Source: Podarcis erhardii (taxonomy: Eukaryota). From it: DNA of 64,000 bases. The DNA is taken from the NCBI GenBank assembly GCA_964252035.1, contig OZ176207.1. One strand, written 5' to 3'. Below the pieces are notes generated by a model. It ran no database searches. It worked only from the letters and a program-made list of their open reading frames with translations, and had not been told where the DNA came from. Positions within the stretch are counted from its first letter, which is position 1, and every line of letters starts with the position of its first letter. Shown here one piece after another: positions 1 to 13,226 of this stretch. The translations under genes and the position numbers were made by a program.

Positions 1-350
1 GGGCTTGGATCCAGACTTTGCTCCCCGTGGTGGGAGACTCCTTCGAGCAGAGTTCTGATCAGGGGACTCCTTCACAGGCAGAAGGGGGAAGGTGGCAATT
101 CCTCCTTCCTTCCCTTAAAGCCCTCTGAAAAAATATTAATGTGTGGGGTTGCAGGGAAAGCAGGGATGAGTGGACGTTGCCTCTTCCCTTTTTCCTCAGC
201 ATGTTCCCTCCACTGGATCAAAAGCCTAAATGGCTTTCTAAGTCTTTCTAAGTTTGGATTCAACCCCTTGTCATTATCTCAGTGATACCTAAGAAAGCCA
301 AAATGTTGAATCAGAAAGGCTAAAGTTAACTTTATAACTAAACAATGCAG

Positions 351-440
351 GACTTAAAGAAAGATCTGTTCCAGAACAGCAAAAGCCAAGAGATGCTGAA
401 GAGGTTATCCAACCTACAGAGGAGCCACATGGGAGAGCAG
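351..440 (+). CDS. ASPH: ASPH exon, start of luminal acidic region: (G)LKERSVPEQQKPRDAEEVIQPTEEPHGRA
   Basis: tgcag acceptor, gtaggt donor, 90 nt, phase 1-1. GLKERS matches the recalled human ASPH/junctate exon start. Confidence 0.9.
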
Positions 441-2357
441 GTAGGTTCTCGTGCAAACTAAATCATAGAAAAATAAACTCCAATCTTGCCTATCTTTTTG
501 TATGGTAAAAGCTACAGCATCTGCTCTACAGCAACTTGTCCTCAATGAGAGGTTTGCAAATCTTGTATTGCAAACCCTCTTCCACACTGTTAACACTATG
601 GGAGTGCTTTCAGAATGGTTCCATTGAGGTAGCGATATGCATAATGTCACATTGAATTTCTTTCTATTTAGATCTTTCATGAAAGATTAGTCAGCAGGAC
701 AAACCTAGTTTCTGGTTCATGAATTGTTGTGTGTACTTCACTAGCACATTTACACAAAACCATTCTGAACTCATTTCTCAGGGAAGTAAACATTATATGA
801 AAATATGCCCCAAATCAGAAAAGATAAAAACAGAGGGTGGCATCCAATGTCATGTGAGTGGACTTCTCCTTCCATGCTTCTTCCTGAAGCACCATGCCCA
901 CACCCCAACTTCTCTGCAGCCCTCCAGAACAGATTTGGGGGGGTATAGGAGGGAGGATGAATCTGTTCCACCAGCAGTTTAGGTTCCCCCTGGCAGATGA
1001 ACACTGTTGGACTGCACCCCAAAATGAAATAGCTATTTAAATCATCTTTGGATGTATATTCATTTAATAGACTAGATTCTCCATATAACCTTTAAAACTT
1101 TTCAAATAAAATATTAATTAGCTTAAATAATAAAAGTAGTTTCTTTACTAGAGTTCTTTATATCAGGGATTGAACTGTAGAAAAACCCTAAACAGCTATC
1201 TGTTACACTGTATACCTATGCCAGTGCATTCATTTATTTTGTTTTTGTTTTTTGCCACTCTTAGCATGACAAATATTTTTCTTTGTTTCAGGCACTGAGT
1301 ATTGTAAAAAGAAATGAGTATTTTCTATAATGGAGTGGGTCCAGATTAAATATTTTAAAGACACTTAAAACAATATGCAACTTTCCTAGTACTTGGAAGT
1401 CTTCTTGCAATATGTACATGCCACTGATTAGTGCTACATTCATTATGTGCAATGTAAAATTTCATCATTACATTGACTATTTTCCGCACAGATGTATGCC
1501 AATCACTTTACACGGTTAACTTTACAAATGTTCAGGACTTGTAATTAGCTGTTTTCACTTGGTCACTATTCAAAATCACATTATATGAATCTGTGTTCCT
1601 TTTTTTAGAATTATGGAAACTTTTAACATTTTATTTATTTATATATTTGAGAGATTTCTATACTGCCCAGTACCAAAAATGGCCACAGGGCAATGTGCAA
1701 CAAAACAATACAATGCAGTACATAATAAGTAACATAAATGTTAAAAAAATCCCAGATCCATATTAACTTGGCTGTAGATTTGTAGTCCCCTGTGTAGGTT
1801 TTACCAATATATTGCTCTTGTGGTGCAGTAAGTAATTGGTTTTGCTTCATAAGCTCCCATTGTTGCTCTAATTCCAGGTTGTGGACCTTGGGGTTCTAGT
1901 AAAAAACAATGTAGATTCTACAAGCCTAAAGTCTGCCTTTGTATGTATGATAAAACCTTGCAGGCTGTGCTTGCTCATATTCAAACATTTTCAGTCATGA
2001 GGGCTGCAAAAGTGCTTTATGTAAAAAGGAAAGCTAAGATCCTCAGGAGTCTAGATAGTTCAGCATAGCAGATTCTACCCCATACTCCAAGCTCATGGAA
2101 GATGCACTGTTAATCATGATGGATAGTTTCAAATTATTTAAACTTAGAGGTGACTAACCTGTGGCCTTCAGATGTTGGATTCACTCATTCACTCATGGAC
2201 AGTGATGTGATGTGGAATGCTTCGTCCATCCCTACTAGATTTATTTTATTTTACAAAATGTATATACTATTTGATTGTAAAGTAGCAACAACCACCCTCA
2301 AAGTGCTGTACTATAGCCTTGTGCTTAACTATAGTTTCAAACTGTTAATTTATAAAA

Positions 2358-2490
2358 TCACAGAATCATTGATAGCCAATGGTTATCTAGTCCAATGCTC
2401 TGCAATGCAGGAATCACAGCTCAAAAAATCCCTGACAGATAGGTATCCAATCTCTGTTTAAAAACCTTCAATGTAGGAGAGTCCACCAGC
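2358..2490 (-). mobile_element. CR1 3' end fragment
   Basis: Reverse complement gives gaaggtttttaaacagagattggata…ctgtcaggga…attctgtgat, a CR1-type tail. Confidence 0.6.
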
Positions 2491-2948
2491 TTCTGTGGGT
2501 ACATGTTTGTGACATGTACAGGCACCACCCTCACGTCATGTGTGACTGCGCATATGCATTGTATCAGGAACCCAGAAGTAGGGGAAGAGACCTGAAGGGC
2601 CTCAACAAAGCCTTGCTGTGCCTCCAGCTTGCAGGGAGACCTTCCCTGGCCCAAAAAGGATGTCCTCTTTGAGCTCTGGGAGGGTCTCCTGGTGAGTCAG
2701 AGGTGCAGTGGGGTGCTTCCCACTTAAGGGCATTTCATTTATGTGTGCAGAGGGCCAGCACAGGCTCCCCTGTGTAAGTGGGGAGTCACCTATATATGAA
2801 AAAAAGCCTGAATAAAAATGCCATATATCGCGTTTACCCAAGTCCATAGGTAAACATGTTTACTTTCCCTAAAAGTATTTGTTTTCTGGTTTTTGAGTTC
2901 AGTCTCTTCTTTCTGCTGACCTTTGATATATTTTCTAAAATAATGTAG

Positions 2949-3029
2949 AACACAAGAGTGCTGAAGCAGAACCAGAAGAGGAAGATGAAATGGACACTTT
3001 GCTACGTCAAGTTCTTGAATCAGAGTTTG
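2949..3029 (+). CDS. ASPH: ASPH acidic exon EHKSAEAEPEEEDEMDTLLRQVLESEF
   Basis: tgtag/gtatga, 81 nt, phase 1-1, open and acidic. Resembles recalled human EPQNIEDEAKEQIQSLLHEMV. Confidence 0.85.
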
Positions 3030-3938
3030 GTATGAATGAATATTTTCCCATGAACTTCTAAAAAGAAATTTTAGAACTAACCAATTATTTTGATCAGTTA
3101 AAAATTGTATGTAGCTAGTTACCGATCTTTCAAAACATTCTCGCTGCTGGTTGGAAATAACTGTTTGCTTTCCAAAATGGAACAATGACTGTAGTGGCTA
3201 ATGACCTGCCCCTCACATGTTTGTCCAATGATACCAGTTTATAGAATTATCCCATAATAACAGTAAATGCTTGAGGCGCAATATCAGAGCTAAGCACTCT
3301 TAAGATCCACTGATTTCTGTGAAAGGAGTAATTTTAAACTAGTAGGTTAGATGTGGACATTTCCCTCCACAAGCAGAAGGGCTCCTTCATTTGCAGATGG
3401 GACTCCAGTCCAGCAGAGGCTTTCATTCCACTTTACTGGAAAAGGGGAAGAAGACGATTTTTGGCAGGACCTAGAAGACCAGGGTTCAAATCCCCACTAT
3501 GCTATGAAGCTCACTGGAGGACCTCGGACCAGTCACTGTCTCTCAGCCTAGCCTACTACACAGGGTTATTGTGAGGATAGCATGAAGAGGGGGAGAACTG
3601 TGTAGCTTTCTTGAGTTCCTTGAAGGAAATAAATGTAATAATAATAATAAATGAGTAGTCCCCTGTGCAACTTCCCATACTGTTCTTCAGGGTCTCCTAA
3701 TACTCTGGAACAGATTTTCAAGGTGCACAGAGAGCTGTCTGAGGAAGCGGGGGTCTCAAAAAATGGTGTCCTTCCCCTTCCTCCAGCGGGAGCATCCAGT
3801 TAGCAAAATTCCATCTGGATCCAACCCAGTGGGCCTTAAATGTGTTTGGATTGTACCAATGATCTGTTTAGAAGGGCGGTGATTACAGAATGCAATTGAG
3901 ACTGTTCTGCTGATATGCTGTTTTTCTAACATTTTAAG

Positions 3939-4085
3939 AAAAAATAAATGAAGCGGATGAAGAAACAGATTTTCAGGAGGAGAATAGTGAAACACCTGAA
4001 GTTTCCACAGAACAGGATGTCTATGATGGAGACCTTGAAGATAAAGGGCCAGAAGTATTAGAAACACCAGAATCTGACTATGAAG
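3939..4085 (+). CDS. ASPH: ASPH acidic exon EKINEADEETDFQEENSETPEVSTEQDVYDGDLEDKGPEVLETPESDYE
   Basis: ctaac branch motif, ttttaag/gtacct, 147 nt, phase 1-1, very D/E-rich. Confidence 0.85.
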
Positions 4086-4106
4086 GTACCTGAAATTTTA
4101 AGAGTA

Positions 4107-4451
4107 CAGTGGTGCCTCACAAGACGAAATTAATCCATTCCGTGAGGCTCTTCGTATAGCGTTTTTTTCGTCTTGCAAAGCAAGCCCATTGACAGCTTAG
4201 CGGATTAGCGCTATTAGCGGTTTAGCGGCTTTTAGCGGCTTATCAGCTTAGCGGATCAGCTGATAAGCGGCTTAGCTGCTTAGAAAAAGGGGGGGAAAGG
4301 GGGGAAAACCCGCAGGAACTTGCAAGACATTTTCGTCTTGCAAAGCAAGCCCATAGGGAAATTCCTTTTGCGAAGCGCCTCCAAAACGGAAAACCCTTTC
4401 GTCTAGCGGGTTTTCCATCTTGCGAGGCGTTCGTCTTGCGGGGCACCACTG
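4107..4451. mobile_element. Tc1/mariner (Tigger-like) MITE family A, copy 1
   Basis: TIR cagtggtgcc.c.caagacgaa, TA TSD. Sits 21 bp after an exon donor. Confidence 0.85.
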
Positions 4452-5287
4452 TATTCAGCGTGTTCTTTTTCTTTTTTAGAAAGAGATTAAGAAGGTGGTG
4501 AGATATTTTACTTAGACTTTTATGGAATAAATATATGTCTTTGAGTTCATTCAGTTCAGTCGAACGTAGTATATCATCAAGTCTGTTTTAAATGACTTGT
4601 ATACTGTATTGTGACCCAGTTTGGACATAATTGGAAGGAAAGTTTAGTGAATGGAAGAAGACTGCAGCATCATGTGTGCCCTTCCTTCTGCTTTCCCCCT
4701 CTCATGCATGAATTCCTCCCATGTTCTTGTATTTAGGCATACATCTAACCTGAAGCCTAAGATCCTGAAAATTGTGGTTTTATCAGGATGTTCAAAATAT
4801 TTAGAAGTATGCCTGGATTCATTTTAACCTGAATTGATGATGCTCAAACCAAGATGCAGGGAGGCATGAGGAAATTCACTTGCAATAAAAGAAGTATTGA
4901 AGAACAGCACAAATGGTTCTGTGGTCTACTCCAGTCCTTACATTCTAGTTCTAGGATTATGTCTACTCCAAGCATATGTGTCAAAAAACTGTTAGATTAA
5001 TTGGGCACTTTTCTGAAAATTGACAGTATTTTAACTTAGCAGTAGGTGGTATTCAACAAAGTATTTGCAATAGCATAATGAGCTTTCCTTGCTCTATTCT
5101 CCCCTACCTCCCACAAGCCCTGCCCTGTCCCCAAATGTGCTCTGGAAGGTTGGGGAAAATCACCGAACAGCTTTAGGAGACATATAGAGGGAGAAGTGCC
5201 TGACGAAATATTTTTCCTAGTGTTACACTGAATACAATGTTTTATGTATCTTCAAAAAGCAAATATTTCCCTTATTTTTCATTTCAG

Positions 5288-5338
5288 AATCTCCAAGTGA
5301 CTATCAACCAGGAGAGCCAGACACAGATGACAGTCATG
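5288..5338 (+). CDS. ASPH: ASPH acidic micro-exon ESPSDYQPGEPDTDDSH
   Basis: tttcag/gtatgt, 51 nt, phase 1-1. Confidence 0.8.
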
Positions 5339-5507
5339 GTATGTCTGCTTTTCATAATATCTGTGAAGTGATGTATCAGGTGATGAACATGTGTCTGTGA
5401 ACTGATCCTAAATATTTGCAAATTTAATGGGAGAGATGGTTTATAGGATGGAATTTTCTAAAGTGTTGGTTTTCAACCTCACCTAAGTGGATCACAACTT
5501 TACCTAT

Positions 5508-5620
5508 TGTATCTGAAGAAGATACCCAGAACAAACTTAGTTGGTCTCTAAGGTGCTACTGGACAATTTTTTATTTATTGCAACTGCGTCAGACCAACAC
5601 AGCTACCTACCTGGAACTTT
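5508..5620 (+). mobile_element. Penelope pLTR tail fragment, same family as 52501-52636, hammerhead core deleted
   Basis: gtatctgaagaa…cttagttggtctctaaggtgctactgga…cagaccaacacagctacc. Confidence 0.7.
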
Positions 5621-6545
5621 ACCTAAGACAGATTGCCATGATTCAATACCATTTCACATTTTATGTTATTTAAATAATGCATCTTCTCAGCCAGGTGATG
5701 GAGAAATACTAGTCAGGGCAAAGATGCCATACATAGGCAACTCACTCGACATTTGAGGGAAGCATGGTTCATGTACATTCACAGTGTATAATCCTAATAA
5801 GTCTTAACTAGAAAGACCAATGTTAAAGTGGCTATGGCAAGCTGCCTTTTTTTGATTTGGCAGATCTGAAGATAAGATTCCATCAAGGTTGAGGTCTTTG
5901 TAAGGTCCTTTTGGGAGATAAATGACAGATAAGTGACAGATAAATTTCTGTTTATGTGCTAACATTTGAGGCAACAGTTATGTGAAGCTCTGCGCAGAGG
6001 AACATGATTACGGCGCCTGTCTGTAGTTTGGGTAGAGAGAATCCAGTAAAGGAAAACCCACAAGTAGGGATGAGATGTCCATACATAGAGAATAAAGATC
6101 AATAGAGCAAAGGGGAGAGAGGAAAAGAAAGATAGAGAATCAGAGAGAAAAAAATATACAAGTGGGTCCCATGTTAGAGGGGTTTAATGAAATGCCAGAT
6201 CAAAATATTTGAAGATAGCTGTTCTGATCAAAATATATTGTATTTCATAATACTTGTTGAAATCTATGTGCATTCATTAGTTCATCTAGGCTTAAATTCT
6301 ATACACAAACTACACTGGAGTTCAAGCCCCATTGAATGCAAAGGGACTTGCTTCTGAATTGACATGCACAGAATCCTGCTATTTACCAGTTATTAAATAT
6401 TTTAAGGTAATATCTATTATTACTTTCTTTGACAATCTGTTCCTGGGGGAAAATTTTCTACTCCAAACTTTTCATGGCTAGTGTTGATAAAAGCTGGGCA
6501 TTCCCAGTTATAGTTGTATGACTTTCTTTCCAATCAATCTTGAGT

Positions 6546-6810
6546 TAAAGGTAAAGGGACCCCTGACCGTTAGGTCCAATTGTGGATGACTCTGGGGTTG
6601 CAGTGTTCATCTCGCTTTGCTGGCCGAGGGAGCCGGTGTACAGATTCCGGGTCATGTGGTCAGCATGACTAAGCCACTTCTGGTGAACCAGAGCAGTGCA
6701 CAGAAACGCTGTTTACCTTCCCACCAGAGCAGTACCTATTTATCAACTTGCACTGCATTCTTTCGAACTGCTAGGTTGGCAGGAGCAGGGACTGAACAAC
6801 TAGTTAGTCA
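6546..6810 (+). mobile_element. Sauria SINE (lacertid-type), 3' truncated
   Basis: aaaggtaaagggacccctgacc…gggtcatgtggtcagcatgactaagcc…tttaccttccc…tttcgaactgctaggttggcagg matches the recalled consensus. Confidence 0.85.
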
Positions 6811-6886
6811 AACTAATTTAAACCCACCAGCCTTGACAACAGTATCAATAGCTTCTTGTGATTTAATGTGAACTTCTAATTTTCAG

Positions 6887-6943
6887 ATACATATGAATAT
6901 CATGCACATACGGAAGAAGCTACATATGAACCAGAAGGCCAAG
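6887..6943 (+). CDS. ASPH: ASPH acidic micro-exon DTYEYHAHTEEATYEPEGQ
   Basis: ctaattttcag/gtttgt, 57 nt, phase 1-1. Confidence 0.8.
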
Positions 6944-7032
6944 GTTTGTCTGATTATTATTCACATAGAAGTAATAGGTTATATAGAGTGTGTCTGTTTC
7001 TCTATGTTTAACCAACCTTGCGAGCAATGGAA

Positions 7033-7111
7033 CTGCAAATGTGCACATAGTTTAAATCAAGGAAAGCTTGTCTGCAAATGTGCACATAGTTTAGATCAAG
7101 GAAAGCTTGTC
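7033..7111. repeat. Tandem duplication, 2 x 39 bp
   Basis: ctgcaaatgtgcacatagttta(a/g)atcaaggaaagcttgt occurs twice. Confidence 0.9.
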
Positions 7112-8597
7112 TTTTGTCTTGGTAGGCTGTTGATACTGCATTCCTGTTATCTTTAAAATAAATGCACAATGTGCATTTAAAATGCCCGTCTGTGAGACAA
7201 AAAGGCATCCCAGAAGAGGGTTAAAAATAATGCTTATAGCAGTGAAAGCTCCTTGTGCTCCTATAAATTATTATTTTAATTTGTGTATATATTTATTTGT
7301 GAAATACATTGCAGTGCAGCAGTTACAGTTAATACCAAAATATTAATAAAATACTATTATAATACATTATTAATATTTTTATATACTCACATTCTCAAAC
7401 TGTTAAATATTTCTATAAATGCTAAAGAAAAAGAAAAGTTAGAATCTTACGTTACTTATTAACTATTTCACCTACACTTCATACTATTAACTTTTGCTCA
7501 GCAAATAATATGGATTCACTGAGTCTTATATTTTTACTTTGTTCCAATAAGAAATAAACAAATTCAGTTTCTTCCATAAAAACATTTTCTTGATGCCTAT
7601 TTCACTTCAAATCAGATTTGTGAACTTCCATCATGCATGCCGTATCCCAGACTTTGACTACCCAAGAAACTTTCCTGGTGCTTTTCCAGTTCTGACATAT
7701 TGTAATTGTGTCTGTTAGAAAATGAGTAGACATTTATGTATCTTCCTCTATTATACTATGTTTAAGGTAACCAAATAGTATTACTACTGTATCTTTGGTG
7801 AGACCACAGGCAAAAATGTTTTTTATTTCCATCGATGACTAAGGACTTTGATTGAAAGAGTGACTCCAACTATAAATAATATCCTTAAAATAATAACTGG
7901 CAATCTAATTGCTGCAATAAGAAACAAGGGGAAGAAGGATGATTAATATTTGAAAGTGGTTCCTCTTGATAGCTTCTTTATCTGTTTTAAGAAAGGTTTT
8001 TAATTGAAACTAATGAAAAGAGGAAATGGCATCTGACTGTCAGATGGTCAGGGCATGTGCTTTTCATAAGTGATGTGTGATGCTTGAGGCCTGTTCTTTA
8101 TTACTCATTTCTGTTTTGCTTTGGAACAATTTGTACAATAAAAATGCTGATTTAGTATGCTAAGAAAATGATGGTGATGTATGAGGGCATAATACAAATT
8201 ATACACTATGACACTAAAATGGTATATGCATCAATATATTATTAATAATAATAAGTAGTAGTAGTAGTTGGTTTATATATCACATTTGTATCCTATAATG
8301 CCTATATGCAGAGGGCCATATCCAACTAAGTAGTTCTAAGTAGAAACTTAGAATGGAACTCCTCCATTGAATTCTGCCGTATGAGGCTAACTTACGTAGA
8401 CTCAAACACATAATCTGCAAAACATAAATTTAGAAGTGCAGGCCTCTTTGCAGATATGATTAATATGTTAAATTGAATGTAGGAGACCTAGTGCAGTCCT
8501 GATTCCTTCCTCTTTCATCCAATCAGTCAACCAGCTGTATAGAAACATGTACTTTGATTTGCACAAATGAAAACATATTTTTGTCTGTCTTCCACAG

Positions 8598-8642
8598 ATG
8601 ACACAGAACTAAATCTAGAGGATGCTCTGGATCATAACACAG
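8598..8642 (+). CDS. ASPH: ASPH acidic micro-exon DDTELNLEDALDHNT
   Basis: ttccacag/gtatta, 45 nt, phase 1-1. Confidence 0.8.
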
Positions 8643-9561
8643 GTATTACACAGAAGTCTAAATACCTGCATTTTACAGTTGGATTCTACTTAATTTAAAA
8701 GTCAGGTTATGTTACCCAACAGAGCAGGGGTTGCCGACCTTTTTGGGCCTCTGGCACATCTGGAAAGAATGCTGTAGGTACTGTCCCTTCTGGTTCCTTT
8801 TTCACCCCTCTTCCTGGGTCAGACCTGCCCCCAACAGACAAATTGAAAGAAAGCACATGCATACACACAGCCAAACATACTTTTCTTTTACGTACGAGTA
8901 AAAAAATCAGATCCAGTAGAATTAAAACAGATCCTCTTGAATTTGTATGATTTTACCAAGGGTCCCTGAAAAACCGCAATCAAATTAATGCTTACAGTAA
9001 TACCACCAACAAATCACATAGCACATCTATGTATACAGAGGCAACTTGTACTTTTGAGGTAATCCCTGTTATAAATTATGAGGATCCATAAGTATCAGTG
9101 CCTCAGATCCCTGGCAATGCTGGACAGCCCCAGATCCATGTCTTTTCCAGTTCAGTCAATAGAAAAGATGTGATCTCTGATTTGATGGTTGATAGGGGAA
9201 GGGAACCAGAAGTGGCGGTGGTGATTTTAATGGATTATTCTTCTCTTTCTTTTCTAACTAATGTGGCACTCTGCTCTCCTCTCTGGCTATTCAATTTTCT
9301 TCCTCCCAGATTGCTCCCCTTTCTCTACTCCTTCTATTAATACCTCCACCATTGCCTGTACACATGCACCTTGACCTACACAAGGCACGTATCCAAGCCC
9401 TCTGGGACATTGTGAGCTACTCAGTTTGCCCTTGCCTTCCATGTTGCTTGCTATATTGACTTCCCAGTTAAATGCTGATTAAAAGCAGTAAGATGTGAAT
9501 TCTTAAGAATAATATGTGACAGTAGATTTATTGCATGCATTAACAGTCTCTTTACTTGCAG

Positions 9562-9609
9562 AACCTTATTCACATGACACAGAAAAGCAGGACTATGTGG
9601 ATGAACATG
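9562..9609 (+). CDS. ASPH: ASPH acidic micro-exon EPYSHDTEKQDYVDEH
   Basis: tttacttgcag/gtatgt, 48 nt, phase 1-1. Confidence 0.8.
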
Positions 9610-11066
9610 GTATGTTGTGTGACTTTATAGTAACTGTGATTAAGAGCAGGACATTTGTTTTTATACTTCATTTGTAATATCGTTTGAAAGTCCTCACATT
9701 TATAACATGTTGCTGTAACAGTATGGCTGTACTGTGTGTATAAATATTGCAGTTATGGGTTGGAGTTGATCTCATGTCTTTCTCAGCTGATTAATGCCTG
9801 CATTTCTGGATTGGGTTGTGGGGAAAGCTTTCTGCTTCCCTACCCACATGTGTGGTATCTATGTGTGACTCAGCCATATTTTACCATGGCTGAACAGTTT
9901 TACATTTATATTATATCATTTTTATGATAATTTGCTATTTCTCACCTCTTGGATACTTTATGATTAAATTATATATGAATGGGTAAATGAGTAAGTAAGT
10001 AAGTAAATAAATAAATAAATATAATGCACATAGAATGTCACCTCAAAGAAGCAGCAGACAGCTTGGCTTGTGTGAAAGGGCCATAGATGAATCAGTTTTT
10101 CTAGCTGTATTTTAAAGTTTTGAAAAACTGACAATGAAATGCAAATCATTCCTTGTGCCTTACAAAAATGTTAAGCTTTAAGCAGCAACAAATAAGTCGT
10201 GTGTGTTATAGTGAAATATGTGATCGTTGGGGAACCTTTTCTTTCTCTGTCCCGAACATAAAATATTGCTCAGTGACAGAGAACTACCTTTGCATGCAAA
10301 AGGTCACTGATTTGATTACTCTCAGAGGTATGAGTGGAATCACCACAAAGCATCTCCCAAGACTCCTAAACCCCAAAGGCAGTCCAGAAAGAAGCTGTGA
10401 CTAATGGTATCAAAAGCTGCTGAGAGGTCAGGGAGAATCAACAGGGTTGAATTTCCCCTACAAATTTCTCCTGACAAAGGTCATTTTTAAAATTTATTTT
10501 TATTTATTCACAACATAAATCTCAAAGTTGATCTGGACAAGCGAATTTTGATTCCAAAACCAGGTCTGAAACTGGATTGAAACGTGCCCAGATAATCAGT
10601 TTCATTTGATCATGCTTGAAGCTGTCCTACCCTACCTTCTCAAGCAACTTGCCCCCAAAGCAGATACTTTCTTCTTCCCTCACTCTCTGTCCATGTTTAC
10701 TCAGCAGCAAGGCCTGTTGCCTTCAGTAGCTTTACCTCTAGTAAGTGTGTTTAGGGTTGCAGTCTTAGTTTCTTTCCCTTTCCTCCATCTGATCCACCTA
10801 TCTGAAGGGGCCCTCTACAAGCTTTGCCAGCCCATTGAGATCTTCTTGATTCAGTCACTAAGAACTATTTGATGATGTCCCAGTGTTTGAAAACACCAGG
10901 CCATAGTTTCTGGAATGTCCAGTGCTGTTCAACACTAGAGAAGGGGGCATTCCAGTCACCATAAATTTGTGAGTGCATCTCTCCCCCTCTCAGTGTGCTT
11001 CCAACTTCATTTGAGATCCCTACTCTTATGCAGGCAGCTAGTCCACTTCACTACAACTTATGTGTG

Positions 11067-11112
<46 letters not shown>

Positions 11113-11297
11113 GTGATTAAGACAAACTGCTTTGCAAATCACAGTCCTTTAAAAACTTATGTATTCAAGTCTTTTTCTAGCATATATGCTAATTAATCTG
11201 ACAAAGGAAATTGTGATTTTGTTACTTTTTTCTTTATTAACTCATAACCATTGTAGCATTCCAGTTTTTAAATTTTAATTATGTATTTTTTTTTAAG

Positions 11298-11336
11298 AAT
11301 TAGAAAATGAAGAATTTATTGAAGCTCAGAATACAG
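11298..11336 (+). CDS. ASPH: ASPH acidic micro-exon ELENEEFIEAQNT
   Basis: poly-T taag/gtaaat, 39 nt, phase 1-1. Confidence 0.8.
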
Positions 11337-12501
11337 GTAAATTGACTGTGGCTATGAAAAATAATAACTTGGCAGTAATGGTTTTCCTTACCTGTTTCTT
11401 TGCTGTTTTAGTGCACACACTGAGCAAGTCATGTCCTGCATGAGTTACGTATAGGTGAACTAAACATATATATATAATGAGTTATTCTGCACTTTTGAAC
11501 ATATAAATAGTAGCAAATTATGTATTTGCTCTGTATCTGAACTGACAGCAAGGAAAGTTCTCTTCTCAAACAGGCATGGGGAAATGGATCTAAACAGTTC
11601 TCTACCATAGTTGTTGCGGACAAAGTTGCTACAGTGACATTGGGTGACATTTTTTACCCACATGGTCTTGCAGAGCCCCTTGCAAAGCTGAGCCCAGGCT
11701 TTTGCATTCCTTATATATAATATCAAGTATAGGGTAGATGGGTATGGCTGGGCCAAATGGGGAGCTCTGGCAGCCTAATGCAGAGGCCTGGTGGGCATAA
11801 TTAGGCCTGCAGGCTATACAGAATCATAGAATTGTAGGGTTCCCCAGGCCTCTCCTAGAAGCTGAAAGAACCTGCAATTTCAGGAAAAACTGAATGCTGT
11901 CAGCACGAGTCTGGTTAGTGATAGACATTGATTCCTTTGATGCAACTCCTATAATTGATACTCTCTAAGGGTCTAGCTACACATTATGTATAAATATGTA
12001 GAAAAGAACCCTAATGACAGGTTTTGTATTTTTTTTCTCTCTTTTGTTGTTGTTGACAAAATGCAGCCTTGGGTGGCTTCTCTACTCCATCAGTCTATTC
12101 TGTCCCCAGACCCCTGAGTTCCAACCACATTTTTTTTAAAGTCTGGAGTCATTCTCTTTAATTTACATAGTATGGACCTGGATTCTTTTTTTTTTCTTAA
12201 TCAAAGAGGCCTGCACAATATTTTGTTTGTTTCATAAAATTTATATACCATTTTATTGTAGAAAAAACTCACCTCGAAGTGGTTTTAAAAAAGATAAAAC
12301 CATAAAATTATCACTTTTTACAACCATAATTTAAAACATACAGAAAGTTAAAACCACAATAAAATAGATTAAAACAAATAAAAACTCATACTAACTTTCT
12401 AAACATCTGGCTAGGTTTATCTAAATAAGAATGTTTTCAGCAGGTGCCAAAAAAGAATACATTTTCTTGTGAACTATATCACAACATTGTTCTCTTTTCA
12501 G

Positions 12502-12543
12502 ATGGAGAACTGTTATCCGAACATTATTATGAAAATATGCAAG
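12502..12543 (+). CDS. ASPH: ASPH acidic micro-exon DGELLSEHYYENMQ
   Basis: tctcttttcag/gtaagc, 42 nt, phase 1-1. Confidence 0.8.
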
Positions 12544-13193
12544 GTAAGCATATATTCATTTTATCATCATTTATCTATAAATGAATATATTCATTTATTA
12601 ACTTGGGGTGGTGGTGGTGAGAAGAATTATGCTGCAAAACTAATGCTTATTGCTGGATTAAATAAACATGCCCATTTTAGTAGCAGCAGCAGCTGCAATG
12701 TTGGCCTCTCAAGTCCACTTGAAATATGAAAACAATGTTGTAGAAACAGCACAGCCAAATAGGAAATGTTGTGGGACCTTTATCTCTGCCTTATCAATGT
12801 GATTATTGTATTTTTCTTATTTGCTGTACGTTGTGTACAGTATCTACATTGTAGGGAGGCAGAGTCAGTCATGGATGTGTCAGTCAGTATGCATACACAA
12901 AGAGAAATACAGAAGTGTGCATGTGATGACCAATCCACATCTAACTTTATTGTTTCCTAAACAGCAATACTTTCCACATAAGCATTTTGTCACATTTGAA
13001 GGGATTTTCAGTTGTGTTGTCTGAATAGGTATTTTGGAGTCTGAGAACTAAAGTGTAAGGTTTCTTTCTCCTGCTTATAAAGGTCCTAGCTCTGTCTTAA
13101 ATTACAGTTTGTGTACACATTACTCTTTATATTGTTAGTTTTGGTCTTATAAAGGCTGTGATTTATTTATTATATGTATTATATATCTAACAG

Positions 13194-13226
13194 AGCCAAC
13201 TGAGAGCACTGATCAAACACATGAAA
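13194..13226 (+). CDS. ASPH: ASPH acidic micro-exon EPTESTDQTHE
   Basis: ctaacag/gtgagt, 33 nt, phase 1-1. Confidence 0.75.

Noticed and set aside
4480-4500. Strong acceptor ttcttttttag with downstream gt as a micro-exon
   Set aside because: The phase-1 frame hits TAA after three codons and nothing else supports it.
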